64,000 nucleotides of DNA from Geosiphon pyriformis uo1 (GCA_016748015.1 JAAOMT010000226.1:416604-480603); one strand, 5' to 3'; shown: positions 1 through 13,400, counted from the stretch's first letter. A program made the numbers and translations. Notes: generated from the letters alone by a model not told the origin.

Positions 1-1762
1 AAGTTTTTTTTAAAAGACAAATTTAAATTAAATTTGATATTAATTTTATTTTTTTTAAGAATTTTAAAGTTTTTTAATAATAGATTAGTTATTAAGTTGG
101 TTTTTTTTATTTTTATTATTAATATTATTATTATATTTTTACAAATAACCAAAAAATCAGTAATTTAAAAAAACAACAATAATTACTTGTATTTACTATT
201 ATTATATTAAAATTTTTTGTAATTTTAAATAAGATCTTAGAAAAATTTTTTTTAGTAATAACTAATTTTTTTTTTAATATAAACAGTAATAATAATAACA
301 TGTTTTTCAAGATAAATCAAGATTAAATATTGGCTGTATTACTAAATATAATGTTTTTTGATATATTATTATTGGTTTTAAAAGCAAAATAACTTATTAA
401 ATTATCTGATTTTAAAGATTAGACTAATTAAATAAAAACTAAATCAATATTTTCTTCTTTGTTTTTTGATATTGTTTCTGATAATGTCTAAGTTATCAAA
501 AATTTTTTAAATAGATAATCTTAATATCTAATACTATATTTAAGATCAAATTATTTTTGGTTAATTTTTTGTTTTATTTGTTGTCTGACTTTGTTAAGCT
601 TAAATTAATTTTAAAAAACATTATTAAGTTGTTTTATATAAATTTTGTTTCTAAGTTTTTTTTAATTAAATTATTAATATTATTATTAATGATTTCTTTT
701 TTTTAATTATATTTAAAATTGCAAAATATTTTGTAATAACTTTTGGTTTTTTTTTGTTATATTTTATAATATTTTTTTTAACATATTTTTTGATAATATT
801 AAAAATGTTTTTAGTGTTTTTAATATTATTATTTTAATAAAATTAAAGTTTATTGGCTTATAGTAATATATTATTGTTAATTTTAAAGACTTTTTTTTTG
901 CTTTTATTACTTTTAATAATTAATTTATATTGATTAAAAAAAATAGTTTTAGAATTTTTTTTTTACTTAATCAAAAGAAAATTATTATTTTAAAAAATAT
1001 TTTTAAAACCAAATTAATTAATTTTTTTTTCAATTGTACTGTTATTGAAATTAATAATTTGATTTTTTAAGTTAATAGCTATATTTGTTTCATTTTTTGC
1101 TTTTTTGATTCTTATTATTATTAATATTTTATTATTGTAATATTTAACTTTATAAATTTTTAAATATTGCTGTTGTTAAAATTACAAATATTATATTTAA
1201 TAAAAAACTTCTGAATATTATTATTACTATAAATTTTAAAGTTTAAATTATTTATCTGTTAATTATAAAGTATTATTATTATTATTTTTTAAGTTATTTA
1301 TTAAGTTTATTACTGATTTTAAGTTTTTTTCTTAATTCTTATTAATAAAAAACTTTATGCTAAGATTTTTGTTTTTTTTTGCTGTTTTTGTAACTATTTT
1401 TGTTATTAATTCTATAATCAAATTAAGATTAAATTTTTTGAAATTTTAGATCTTAAATTTAACTTTTTTAATTATAATTTTTTTAAATACTTTTTTTGTT
1501 TTGTATGTAGAACTTAAATATATAATTTGTGTTATTTAGAATAAAATATCTATTTTTAATAAAACTGTTAATTAACTTTTTGTAAAAATAACTTTGATTA
1601 AAACTAAATGCAATTTTAATATTAATTTTATAAAAGAAAATAATTAATTTGCTTAATAATAAACTTTATATTGAATTAATTATTCTTTAGAAATATCAAT
1701 TTGGTTCTGTTAAATCTAATACATATATAATTAAGTAGTTTTATTAAAAATAATAGTATATT
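1..1762 (+). mobile_element. ORF1-only non-LTR retroelement (HAL1-like), copy X1, main part; highly degenerate LINE-ORF1-like frame, 5' end outside window
   Basis: The + frame from ~50 (KVFNNRLVIKLVF...QITKK...TIIILKFFVILNKIL) matches the minus-strand ORF 25952..26200. The segment ~835-990 (KLKFIGL**YIIVNFKD...LIKKNSFRI) parallels LINE ORF1 (KMQLIKLWQKAVVKFEQ...LIGKDTVYV). A degenerate CCHC knuckle lies at ~1215-1270. Interrupted by the antisense LINE at ~1763. Confidence 0.7.
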
Positions 1763-1907
1763 AATTATTATTATTATTTTTTATTAATATTTAATGAGTA
1801 AAATCTATACATTGCTTAATACAATATATCATATATAAGTAATTAAAATAAATATGAATTATGTATTTTCTATATATAACCAACTACTTAGACTAATTAA
1901 AACAATA

Positions 1908-4900
1908 CTAAGCACTTATATAAACTGAAACCGAATCATCTATACCTGAAAAAAACAAACAAAATTTATGTAGACCAAAACTAATCTAAAAGCTTTAGTA
2001 ATACCTAATAATTTAACTATACCAGCCAAAAGCACTAAAGAAAGCTCAGCTATTAAAACAGAAACAGACCCATTATATGAAATCAGTCTATTTTTTTCTA
2101 TAAAAGCCTGGTGTTTAGTACAGGTTAACTAGATTTTATTTTGGAATACAAGGCAAAATTTGTACACAAAGCTCATAATTTTTTGGCCTGTAATTTTAGA
2201 ATTATTAAAAACAAAAAGAGACTCTTAGTACTAATTATTGAAAACAAAACTCTTATACAGAGCCATACACATTGTAATGTTAAAAACACAGAAAGACAAT
2301 AATTGCATTATACATGAAAAAAAATGAAAAAAACCAGAAAGCATTCTCTAATAAGCTGTATGAATATTTAATAACCAAATACAAGCAGCACAGTCAAATA
2401 AACAAGAAAAAGCATGGTCTAAGACTTTAATATCTTTACAGAACAAACACACCACACTGGGATAACACTTGTTATACAAATACTTATAAACAGCAACAAG
2501 GAGCTGGTAATGTAAAGTCTTTATAAAATACATACAAACACTAGCAGTACACCTACTAGTAAAACTAGCAGCCAAGTGGGAATCAAGATGCCATACCAAA
2601 GAAGATCTAAACCAATCAACATTTACATGCAAACTGTTTATTACAATCTGAAAACCAAAACCAATCTTCCAATACATATAATGAATAGAATAGAAAACAT
2701 TATAAACAAAATATCTAGAATTATCAAAAACAATACTATCATTAGCTCTAATATAATACTTTTTAACCTAATAAGAAAGATACTGATCAAAAAAGGAAAC
2801 AGTCTTTATAAGTACATTAACATGTTTATTGTTAGAAACACTTAAATAATTTTTTACTTTATGTTAACTAACATCCAAATTTTTTTCACAAATAATGTTC
2901 ACAATGTGATAACATTTAACCCAACACCTGTTTTGAAAGTCTGGATATATTAAACCCAACTCCAATTTGCAAACATCTAAAGCAGTCTGACTGTCTGAAA
3001 AAAACTGAATTGAACTAAAAAAAAAGATGTACTTAAGCACAGCAAAATAGTCTGCAACTCTATTATAGTAGAAAACACCAAACCAAAAACCTCAACACCT
3101 AAACCAAAATTAATATCCTTAAAAAAAACAGCTGTGTCAGCCCTCATGTTAACAGTTCCCAAACTACACAGAGATCTATTTATATAGACAGAAAAATAAC
3201 TGGTATCAATATCTAACAAACAATTATAAATAACCCCAAATTTATAAGAACCAAGAATATATGATGAGCCAATATCTTCCAAGAAAGGAAAACAAATAAG
3301 AAGAGACACCATATTATTAAGAAAACAAACAAAAAGCTTGAACCAATTGGAAACTAAGCTGCATAAGTCCAATTTTTTCCATTTCTTGAATATCTTTTAA
3401 TTAAAGACTGTACTAATATGGTTGCAAAATTGGTCCACAAAGACAATTCTATATTGCCAAAGTAAAAAAATACACTTAAAGTACATTGACTTACCAAGAA
3501 CAAGTGACATAAAAGCACCACTCCAAAAATAAAAAGCATTGGTTATAAGACCACCCAAAGACAGATCATATTCTAGAAAAATATGGACCATACCAGCCAA
3601 AAAATTATTTGACGAATTGATATTAATATGAGCTGGAAAAAGCAAAAAGTGGTGTAAATGCCAGCTGAGCACTTGCAGGTTATATAACTCATGTGCAAAA
3701 AGATGACTTAAAACTCCATTAGAATTTGCAAAACAAATAATAGAAGCCAACTTACTTCCTACTTAAATCTGTTCAAAAAATTTTAAACCATATAAAAAGA
3801 AATAATATATTATATCATTGAAAAAATCAAGTGGCAAACCAGATTTGGATTTTAAGTTTTTGCAAATCAGAGTATTTTATTTATTACACACACCAATAAG
3901 AATGAAACTAAGTTGAGTCCTATAGCTAATAATAGGATGAAAGACTGCCAACACCAGATACAAAAACTGTTTATCAGAAATTGTTTTCTTTAAAACAAGA
4001 TTGGCAAAAAACTGGATATCTAAATGTGTCTTAGGCAAGTTAGGCTTCAACAAACCCTCAAAAAATAAAAAAATGCCTAAATAGCAATGAAATTCTTCTT
4101 TTTTGGCAATAAAAATAGACATGCTATTGATAGACAAAGACAGACTTGTAACTTTGCAGTTAATAAAAATAATTACTGTCTTATTATTATTTATAAAAAT
4201 GTCATTAATCCTAAAAAAATCACTAGCAATACTGAGAATATGCTGTATGATAGTCTAACTATTACCAACTCAGATTGTATTATCAACAAATACACCAGTA
4301 GCAAGAAAAGAAGTCAGCCCAGCCTAAGATTCTGCACAGCCAGTTTTGGCAACATAATGAGAATTCAACCTATAACCACACACACTCTTCTGTCTCTTAA
4401 CTTTACACAAAAGTAGATCATAAAATATGTGCCAAAAAAGAGATAAGAAAACTTCTTTCTGATCTAACCTATTATAAATTTAATAATCACTAGTCAAACC
4501 AAAATTAGTCATAACTCTGTTAATTCAATTATTGTAAATACAACCAAAAAGTCTAATGAATTTGCCATAAATCTTAATTTTAATCAAATTTTTCTTAAAA
4601 TGTTTCTCTTTAACAAAATTATAAGTCTTATACATGTTCTGTAAAACCAGCCACAGTTTATAATTTTTTTCTAAGACATTTTTTATCACCAAACCAATAG
4701 CAAAAATAGAGAATTGTGTTGTTGTACTTTTTAGAACAGAAAAATTATCTCTATAGAGAACATTAAAAGAGCTACAAGCCAAAAAAATCCTGTCTGAAAA
4801 AATTTTGGAAAGAATTTTATAAGCTGTCTTAATTAAGACAATAGGTCAAATATTTATAAAAACGCTTTTCCACTTATATGGTTTGAGAATCATTGAGACC

Positions 4901-6593
4901 CAAGTCTCTTTCCAAGAACCAGGCACCAACTCACAAGTTAAACAAGAGTTCAAAAGCACCAAAAACATATCCAATACAGACTTGTCACAATGTTTTTACA
5001 ATTTATTGAGATATTAAAGAAACCAGCAGCCTTTTTATCAGACAAAACAGAAATCACATCAAACATTTCATTAAAATTAATTATACACATTACATTTGAA
5101 AAAGCATTATCAAAAATATAATCCAAAAGTCAATATTAACAAAACCAATTATCAAAGAGATCAGAAATCACGACATGCTTTTGAGGCCAGTTTTCCATAA
5201 TTACATCTACTTTAGCCTTAATCTAAATAGACTTCAGAATCAGTTCATTATTAATAATCAAATAGTTTAATACCACTCTGCAAAAAAAACACTTCAATAC
5301 ACTTCTAATAGTACAACTCTTGTTCAGTTTAAAATTTACTATCTTTTTATTAATTACTAATCTAATCCAAAATTCCTTAGCATGTTTTGATTTTATCATT
5401 TTAGAAGAGTGATAAGACTTCCTAATCCTAGCCAAAGCAGATTTAATAACATTAAAATGAGACTCCAAAAAGAAAAAAAACTTTACCACAGAGACATTAA
5501 CAGCATTTAAACTACTACACATATTTAACAATAATACAAATTCATTATAAAACAGCTGACAAGAGACTCTAACAATTTTAGATACCAAAAGTTCTAGCTT
5601 GTAAAATCTGAATGATTCCTTAATATAAATACTATCATATTCTTTAAACTATTTTTTCCTAAAAATCCCTTTAGCCAACAAATATATTGTTTTGCAAACA
5701 GCATTTCTTATTGTGTTCAAATTTGAGAGTTCTTTAAACACACAAAATTTATCAAAAAACATAACCATATTTGCAGTCATAGTATTCTTAAACTTGGCCC
5801 ATTTGGTATTACTAACACTTTTAAAATTGAATTTCCAATAATTTTTGTTTGTTTGTTTACAAAAAAAGTGCAATTGTGTGTTTAATAATTTACTCAAACC
5901 TACTGACACAAAAACAGCCTTATGATTAGTATTAAAATGTTTACCAATGGACAAAACATCATGACATACTATTGTATTAACCAAGTTTAAAAAAACAAAC
6001 AAATAATTATTTGTTTTTTTGGCACTTCTCAAATTCTTCTATGTATAACTTTTTTCAACCAAACTCTCTAACAAAAAATTGGCCAAACCCAAACCATGAC
6101 ATTTCTTGAAATTAGTACACTTGTGTAAATCATCTTCATTAAAATTGCCATCCAAAATGACAAAAAAAGATTCATTAATAGCTTTAGCTATTAAAAAATT
6201 GATTTTATCAGCTTGAAAAAAACAAACAACCATGGAAATTTCAGCATAAAATCTTAAAATCAAAACAGAAAATTTATTTTTGAAAAGAAGCTTGACAGAA
6301 AGAAGCCAATCAAATATCTCTAAAATCTTATATACATACTTAGTCAAAGAAGTATTTCTAACAATTACGACATCAGAATTCAAATAACCAGAGTTCAAAC
6401 CAGAAGTGAAAACTCAAATACCATCAAATTTGTTAATGATTTATGGACAAACTTTCTCTTTCAGTTTTATTTCTGTGAAAATTAAAATTAAATTGTTTAT
6501 ATTCTTGTGCTATTAAATAATATCTGCTTGCTTAGCAGGATTGTTAATGCTTCTTATATTACATATAGCCACTTTTTAGACAAAATTAATCAT
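1908..6593 (-). pseudogene. LINE ORF2 pseudogene: AP endonuclease, reverse transcriptase, RNase H, C-terminal zinc knuckle
   Basis: Starts MINFV*KVAICNIRSINNPAKQ (APE motif I). ILDGNFNED (GDFN) is in ORF 6039..6398. RT motifs are LDQKEVFLSLFWHIFYDLLL (~4400-4470) and GVFVDNTI*VG (~4265-4300). RNase H is SVYINRSL...IELQTI (ORF 2977..3372). CLFCKDIKVLDHAFSC is in ORF 2348..2677. Stop TAG at 1908-1910; many premature stops. Confidence 0.9.
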
Positions 6594-8406
6594 TAAAAAG
6601 GATGAACAACAGGCACCAAACCAGTATTGTCTACTTTAGTTATTAGGCCCATAACAGTAACTGAGAGATTATTCAAAGTTACTTCCAATTTCGAAATTAC
6701 AGATTGATTAAAAACCACCACTCTCACTACAGTTTTACTACTAATAGCTATACTTGAACTCTTATTTATTACTATATTTGCCCCTTGATTCTGTGATAAA
6801 AGCATTACTAATAACTAACATCTAAGACTAAGCTAAGAAACTATTGGCTCAGGTGTGTCCAACCTCTTAACCAGCTTATTAACATGCTTTGCAAGACTGA
6901 TAAGACTGTGCTTAAGAATAGTAAACCTATTATTCAATTCTATAGACATTAGCAAAATAAGTTTTATCTTTAAAGAAGAACCAAAACTTGACAAACTATT
7001 ACTAACAAGGAAAAAAAAAAAAAAAACCTACTAACAACTTTTATCCAAAAGATGTCACCAAAAAAAACAGGATAAGCTATTGGCACTAAGCATTTGGAAT
7101 AAATAGATGCCAGCCTGCTTTTATTTGCTTTTGATAACACTTTATAAAATATACCACCAAGAGAACTTTTTCATCAAAGACACAGTCCAATAATGTATGA
7201 CCAAATTTCTCACATTTGGTACACTTGGCAAGACTTAGACAGGACCAATGCAGGTTGACATTTTTTAATACTAACATGGTTTCTAAAACAACATCTAATA
7301 ATTGAGCAGAGTCAAAACAAATGACAGCACATCTGGCCCAGGCATATAAGATTAGATGATGATCAATAAAGTATGTTTTTCTATCCACAAAGCCAATAAA
7401 GTCTCAAATATTATGGGCATTAGTTTCTACAGGCAATATATAAAGCAGTGCTCTATGATGATCCCTAACATCCCATAATTCTTTGTCTGAATCCACTCTA
7501 GCAACATACACAGTATCTTTTCCAATTAAGATGAGCCATTTTATAGTGACCAAATTAGTATAATCCAATTGCTCAAACTTAACTACAGCCTTTTGCCAAA
7601 GTTTTATCAACTGCATTTTAATTGACTTAATAACACCAAATTCGGACAATGCAGTATATACAGCCTCAGTCAACATTCCAACTGGAATTTTTTTTACCAC
7701 CATAATCTGATCTAAATAACCAGCAGATTTTTTGAAATTGGTGTTTATTGTGATCTTCATATTCTTTGTCATATTAGATACTTAAACCAAGCTAAATTTG
7801 AAAATAAATGTTGCTCTAATAATTCCAGCAAATTTTGAAGAAGTAAAAATCTCTCCAAAACTATTAATTTTTGAAAATAATTTCTTAATTACTATCAGCT
7901 TTTCTTAAGAGGATTTTTTAATTACTTTATTTAGGCCAATATTTAAAGCAAATAATTTCTTAACAGAAATATTGAACAAATTTTTCAAAAGAAAAAGAAG
8001 TATTAGGGAAGCATTTAACAGAACATCTTCATCATTTTTACTTAAGAAATTGATTTTTTCCAGTGGTTTTTCCAATGTTTTTTTGGTCTGTACTCTTGAA
8101 CTTTTAGGTGTTTAATCTGAATTTTTTCTAGTGGAAGTACTATTTTCACTATAGTCAAAGCTGGTTTTCTCAACCATACACTCTTTTTTTATGTCAACAT
8201 TTTCAGATTCAGTAGTATCACCAGTTTTAGAACTTCATAAATAACCACTTAATTCCTTAGTAGAAATTTTTTTATTATTAATATCATCTTTTAAAGCACC
8301 ACTTTTTTTTTTTTCTAAACACAATAGGCTTGACACCAAAACCAAAACCAGAATTCTTTAGAGTCTTTTTCATGAAAGCAATACTAGAACCAACAGTGGC
8401 TTCATA
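6593..8406 (-). pseudogene. LINE ORF1 (gag-like nucleic-acid-binding protein, RRM-like folds + CCHC knuckle) pseudogene
   Basis: ORF pieces 7404..7772 (VVKKIPVG...ALSEFGVIKSIKM...LWQKAVVKF, RRM-like), 7086..7388 (CTKCEKFGHTLLDC) and 6593..6805. Its stop overlaps the ORF2 ATG. Confidence 0.85.
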
Positions 8407-8496
8407 ATCAAGCAAAAACAATTTGGATTTATTGTATTGAATAGTAAAAAACTTTTGACTTTTTTTTGGGAATTTGGAACAAAAAAAAGAAAGAAG

Positions 8497-8700
8497 TTTT
8501 TTTTTTATATTATTATATGTAAAATATTTTTTTAAAGTAGATTTTCTTTTATAATTTTAATAAAATATTGTTTTAATTGGTTCAAGTAACTGATTACATG
8601 TAAAAAATACATAATTTATGCTTAGTTTAAACTATTTAATTTAATATATTGTACTAAATTATATTTAAATTTTATTTATTAAATTAATAAAAAAAATTAT
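8497..8700 (+). mobile_element. 3' remainder of ORF1-only element X1 (ORF C-terminus + shared 3' tail + A-rich end)
   Basis: 8521-8630 aligns with the reverse complement of 24270-24370 (end of ORF and tail of copy X3). 8560-8700 is the reverse complement of the LINE tail at ~1775-1907. Confidence 0.65.
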
Positions 8701-9010
8701 AATATTAAGAATTATTTAATAAAAGACACAAAAATAAGCATAAAATTAATTTACTAAATATTAGATTACTTATTAAAATGATAAAAAACATCAAAATAAA
8801 TTAATTATTATGTCAAAAATTTAAATACCAAGTATTACTAATTGTTATTAATTGAATTTTTAACTATTATACAAAAAATTCAAATATTAAAATTTTTAAA
8901 TTTACCAAAATCTTTAAATTATATTATTATTTAATAATATTAATTTACAAATTAATATACTATATAATTACTTATAATATTAATAAATTATATAATATAT
9001 AAGATAAAAA

Positions 9011-9691
9011 ATTATTATTATTTAATAAATACAGTTCAACTATTATTTAGTATATAAAAACAAACTAAGTGGTCCTAACTAAATATAATTTATATACTTA
9101 TTATATATAATTGGCCATTCAAATCAATTAAATTTATATATATACTTATATTAATTTCTAAATTATTATTTAAACTTGAAAAAAACAAACAACTTTTGTA
9201 CAATCTAAAACTAATAGCAAAAAACTTGACAATATTAAGTAAACAAATTATTTTTATTAATAAAAAACTATATAAACTATTATATATCTTAAGCAATATC
9301 TTTATATTATTAATTAAACCACTTTTTTCTATATTTATTCTGTATTTTAATTTAAATTTTTACAACTTATTATAATATTTTTCAACTAAACAGTAAACAA
9401 AATCAGCTATTATTAATATTGTTTTCTTTTTATTATTAAATAATAATATTATTTTATCAATTTAATTCCTAAAAACAAACTTTTTACATAAGATTTTATA
9501 AATATTAATGTTTAATACTTCCAAAAAAAAAGTATACAGCACTAAAAATAACAATAAAAAACAAAACTTTATTAAAAATTTTTATAATTTAGTATAATTT
9601 AACACAATTGTAAAGTACATAAAAGCATTTTTTGAACAAATAAAAGCATAATTAGGCAGCTTAATATTACTACAAAACAAGTATAATATAT
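9011..9691 (-). mobile_element. LINE copy L2, 3' part (ORF2 C-terminus and 3' tail), separated from its body by gypsy A
   Basis: Colinear with L1 ~1850-2455 (e.g. aaaaacaaacaacttttgta vs aaaaacaaacaaaatttatg). Shared tail at ~9075-9135; (TAA)n end at ~9011-9022. Confidence 0.8.
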
Positions 9692-10368
9692 TGTTACAGT
9701 TAAAATTTATACTTCTTATTAATTATTATATGTATTAGCCACTGATGTCATATAATTAGCCACTCTATTTTTAGAAAATAATTATTAACCTAACCATTGA
9801 TCTGATTATTGACCTAGTTATTAACCTGATCATTGATCACTTTTGATAGCTATATAAGTGATGAATCTCTTAACTGTAAAAAAGCATGTAGAAATCAAAA
9901 AAAAGAAATAAAATAAAATAATAGTTTCATCTCAATCCTTCTTTTATTACTAATTTTTTTTTCCTTACTTTCAAGTATCTGAACATCTTGAGATAAAAAA
10001 TTACTTATTGGCATTTACTTACTTTTTTTCTGACTTGTATACTTGTAATATTTGAAGATTATTAAATAAAGTGTGATTGAAGAGTATATTTAATACCTAA
10101 TATTGAATTCTAAAAGTGCTAACATAAGGCATAGAATTATACTAGGCATAACATTTGTTGACAGTATGGACTATCTCTTTATTTTTAGATTCCCTAGTTA
10201 TCTTTAAAAAAGTACAGTGACTGAAATATTTTATAAAACTAATCTTGCACATTGAATCTATACTCATTTAATTTGCTCTTTAAAGTTGAATTCTCTTTAA
10301 TTTCTTTCATTACTCTACAATTCTGTTTTCCCTTGCTATCCATTAGTTTGTTACTCTAACCCATAACA
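9692..10368 (+). repeat. 5' LTR of gypsy A (677 bp), with 5 copies of a 12-bp repeat at 9779-9838
   Basis: Direct repeat of 16690-17391; starts TGTTACA, ends ATAACA. Confidence 0.95.
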
Positions 10369-10374
10369 TAAAAG

Positions 10375-10391
10375 TGGTGCTCTTTATGAAG
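10375..10391 (+). promoter_or_regulatory. Primer-binding site (tRNA complement) of gypsy A
   Basis: TGGTGCTCTTTATGAAG 6 nt after the LTR; nearly the same as the family B PBS. The priming tRNA was not identified. Confidence 0.75.
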
Positions 10392-10421
10392 TTGTCAAAA
10401 ATTCACTTTGTTTTCTATTGT

Positions 10422-13400
10422 ATGAGTGATTATTCATATCTGTTACAACAATCAGAAAAACACTTTGAAGCACACAACAAAAATAATTTAGACTTTATTG
10501 AACTCAATCCTTTGTCTTTTTGCTTAATTTGCTTTCCCATTGAAAAACAATTTAACAGACAATTCCAAAACTTTTGAAACTGGTTTCTAAACGAGCATTT
10601 AGCTGAAATCTACACAGCTTATACAACTTATTACCTTAATTAAGCTTATTTTGAAGACAACTTTGAAGAAAGAAACAACAGCATTAATCAGCTTTTATAT
10701 TCCACAATCTTTAAACAACAGTTCCTTAATTTCGAATATCTGAATCATCAAATCCATACTTGAATTGCTGTATATTAATCAACTAAAACTCCTCTTGAAA
10801 CAAAAGAAAAAAGTTATCAAACTGCTCTTGTTTTTTATCTCTTTTTAAGTGAATTAAATTACTCTACTCAAACAGTAATTCTTAAACCAATGGCTAATGA
10901 TTCTATACAACAAAATATTCTGATTGCCCTCCAAGACATACAAACTGTTTTGGAAAAAAAAACAACACTCTATTATCTTTGTTTAGAGATGATGCACAAA
11001 ATCCAATTAAATAATTAAATAACTTTGAAAAAACTGTTACAGCCAACCAATATAATAATGAATATAAGTTTTAAATCATTGGTGGCTACTTTCAAGACTC
11101 TTCTGCTACTTGGTTCTTACAAGAAACCAATACCAATGCTTAGCAAAGAATCATTAAATGGACACTGGCAAATGCTGGAGAAGATAACACCTCTTTTACT
11201 ACCTGGTTTGAAATAAAATTTAGAACTCCTATTTTGATATCCAAATGGCATATGAAATTAGAAAGAAGAATTCAAGATTTTGGTGAAATTGTAACTGAGT
11301 ATGCCAAAACAATCAAAAAATTAATCAAGAGAATAGATTCTGGAAGAAACTGGACAGAAGAACAAAAGATTCATTCCTTTACAAAAGAATTGAGAACAAA
11401 TCTGTCCTATGCTCTTTGGCCCTTTCTGGTCCTGAAAAACAATCTCACAATAGACATGGCCATTGAACTTGTCCAATAAATTGAAGACAACCAAAAGATG
11501 CACTTAAGATTTACACTTCTAGTTTTTGCTTCTGCTTCTGTTATGGCTCCTGCTTCCCAAATGGCTATCTCTTTTGCTGCCCAAACTCAAAACCCAAATA
11601 AACAATTAATAGATAGACTCACAGCTAATTTTGCCCAGTTACTGGAACTTTTAGTCTAAACAGTCAGAGAGAATCAACAAATCCAAAGATCTAAATTTGA
11701 ACCCTGTTTTAATCAACTCCAGCAACTCTCTTATTAAAGACAACAAAATCATGGCCCACTTGTGTGTTATTATTGTAGATTAACTGGACATTTCTCCAAA
11801 GATTGTAACAATCTTCTTTTGCCTCCTTCAGCTTCTAGAAACAATGACAATCAAAACAACAGAACCATCAACAACAATGTTTTCAACTAAAAATCCAATC
11901 ATGCCAACATTAATTTCTTTGAAGAGAATCTCTTAATTGAAATTACTGTTTATTAGTCTTTAAACTAGTAGATACACCTCCAAAGAGTAAAAGTGCAAGC
12001 CAACAAGAAAAAAACCTCTTTTATGCTTTTAATCTAACTAATAATGACCATGACATAGATGAACTAACAATCAACACTTTTGAATTAACAAAAAAGAAGA
12101 AAAAAGCCAAGATTGATTTCGTTATAGATCCAAAAAAAGCCTCCACATTAACTGCTGATAATAATAAGCCACCAAAGGCTAAAGTTTTCAAAAATTCTCT
12201 AAAGTTGGAACTTTCAGAGATTGTACAAAAATCTGGACCCTATTCTGTTGTCAAAGATCTTATGAAAATGTCTGTTCACATTACTTTTGGCCAGTTAATG
12301 ACCCATTTCCAATTCAGAAAAGATCTTTGCAAATCTTTGATTCTCAAGAAAAAGACACTAAAGACTAACAAATGCGCATGCCAAGCTGGACTTGCTGACA
12401 ACAGCAATATTACTCCTCTCATTTGTAAAACCCAAGTGGCTGGTTACTTTATTAATCTAATTCTGAATAGTGGATTATCTGTTAGTGTCATTACCAAACA
12501 CTTTTTAGAAGCAATTAGCAGAAAGATTGATGAACCATCTACAAGACCAATAACTAATATACATAATGACAAAAAGAAAAATCTGGGCATAGCCAAAGCT
12601 GTTCTTGTCCAAATCAATGATATTAACATTGAAACTAACATAAAAATATTTGAAGCAAAAGAATACACCATAATAGTTGGTAATAAATGACTCAAAAAAA
12701 CAAAAGTCTTGCTTGATTATAAACTCTGTAAACTGATCATCAAATGTAGTGAGAAACTTATCATGATTAAATGCTGCCATTAGACAACTCCTCCAGTACC
12801 TAAACAAAAACAAGAAGAAGAACAATCAAATAAATCAGATAATGATGAGAGTAATAAAAAAAGATCAAGAAAAACAAAAAAAAACTGCTGAACTTGCTTA
12901 TACTATCTTCACCAGCAACAGTAAGTCACTAAACAATATTAAAGCTGACAAAAAAGAAATCATGGTAAATGGCAAGCTGATCTGCTGGTCTTATTATGAT
13001 ATTCTCAAAAGAATCTTTGATAAAAAACCTGGCAAGAAAGCAAAATACAGTTATTGGTGACATGATCCTTGTATCAGGTGCTAGTGCAATAAACCTTTAT
13101 ATTCTCTTAGTGATAAATACAAATCCTGCTTAATCTATTACAAAGATTGGAAGCCAATTAGTTTGATATTCAGAGAAGAACTAAAAGAAGTACAAAAGTT
13201 TTTTGAGAGTAAACCACCTGAAATCCAATTACTAGCTGTAGAACAAAGAGAACCTTCTCCTGAAGAAAAAAAAATAGACATTAAAAATCTGTTGGCTAGA
13301 AATAGCCCAGTTATTTCAAAAAAAAGTAATACCCCTGGACAAACCCATGTAATACAACATACTATTACCACAAAAGAAACTTGTCCCATCTATTTAAAGC

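Larger units (their letters stand above)
1763..8496 (-). mobile_element. Full-length degenerate LINE (non-LTR retrotransposon, L1/Tx1-like, with RNase H), copy L1
   Basis: ORF1 (RRM-like + CCHC) and ORF2 (APE, RT, RNase H, C-terminal CCHC) lie in order on the minus strand. The 3' tail ends in AATAAAAAA(TAA)n at ~1763-1787. The 5' end near 8496 resembles the 5' end of the second LINE near 23296. Confidence 0.9.

Noticed and set aside
2576-4416. Small ORFs antisense to TE genes (2576..2845, 4087..4416 and similar ones elsewhere) as host genes
   Set aside because: No recognisable motifs; they are opposite-strand or off-frame by-products of TE coding sequence.
1775-8700. ~130-bp inverted repeats flanking LINE L1, suggesting a TIR-bounded retroelement
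   Set aside because: They are two copies of the shared 3' tail: one belongs to L1 (-), the other to the host X1 (+) into which L1 inserted. L2 has no such flank at its 5' end.
8700-9010. AT-rich spacer between X1 and L2
   Set aside because: Too decayed to assign; no repeat or coding signal recognised.
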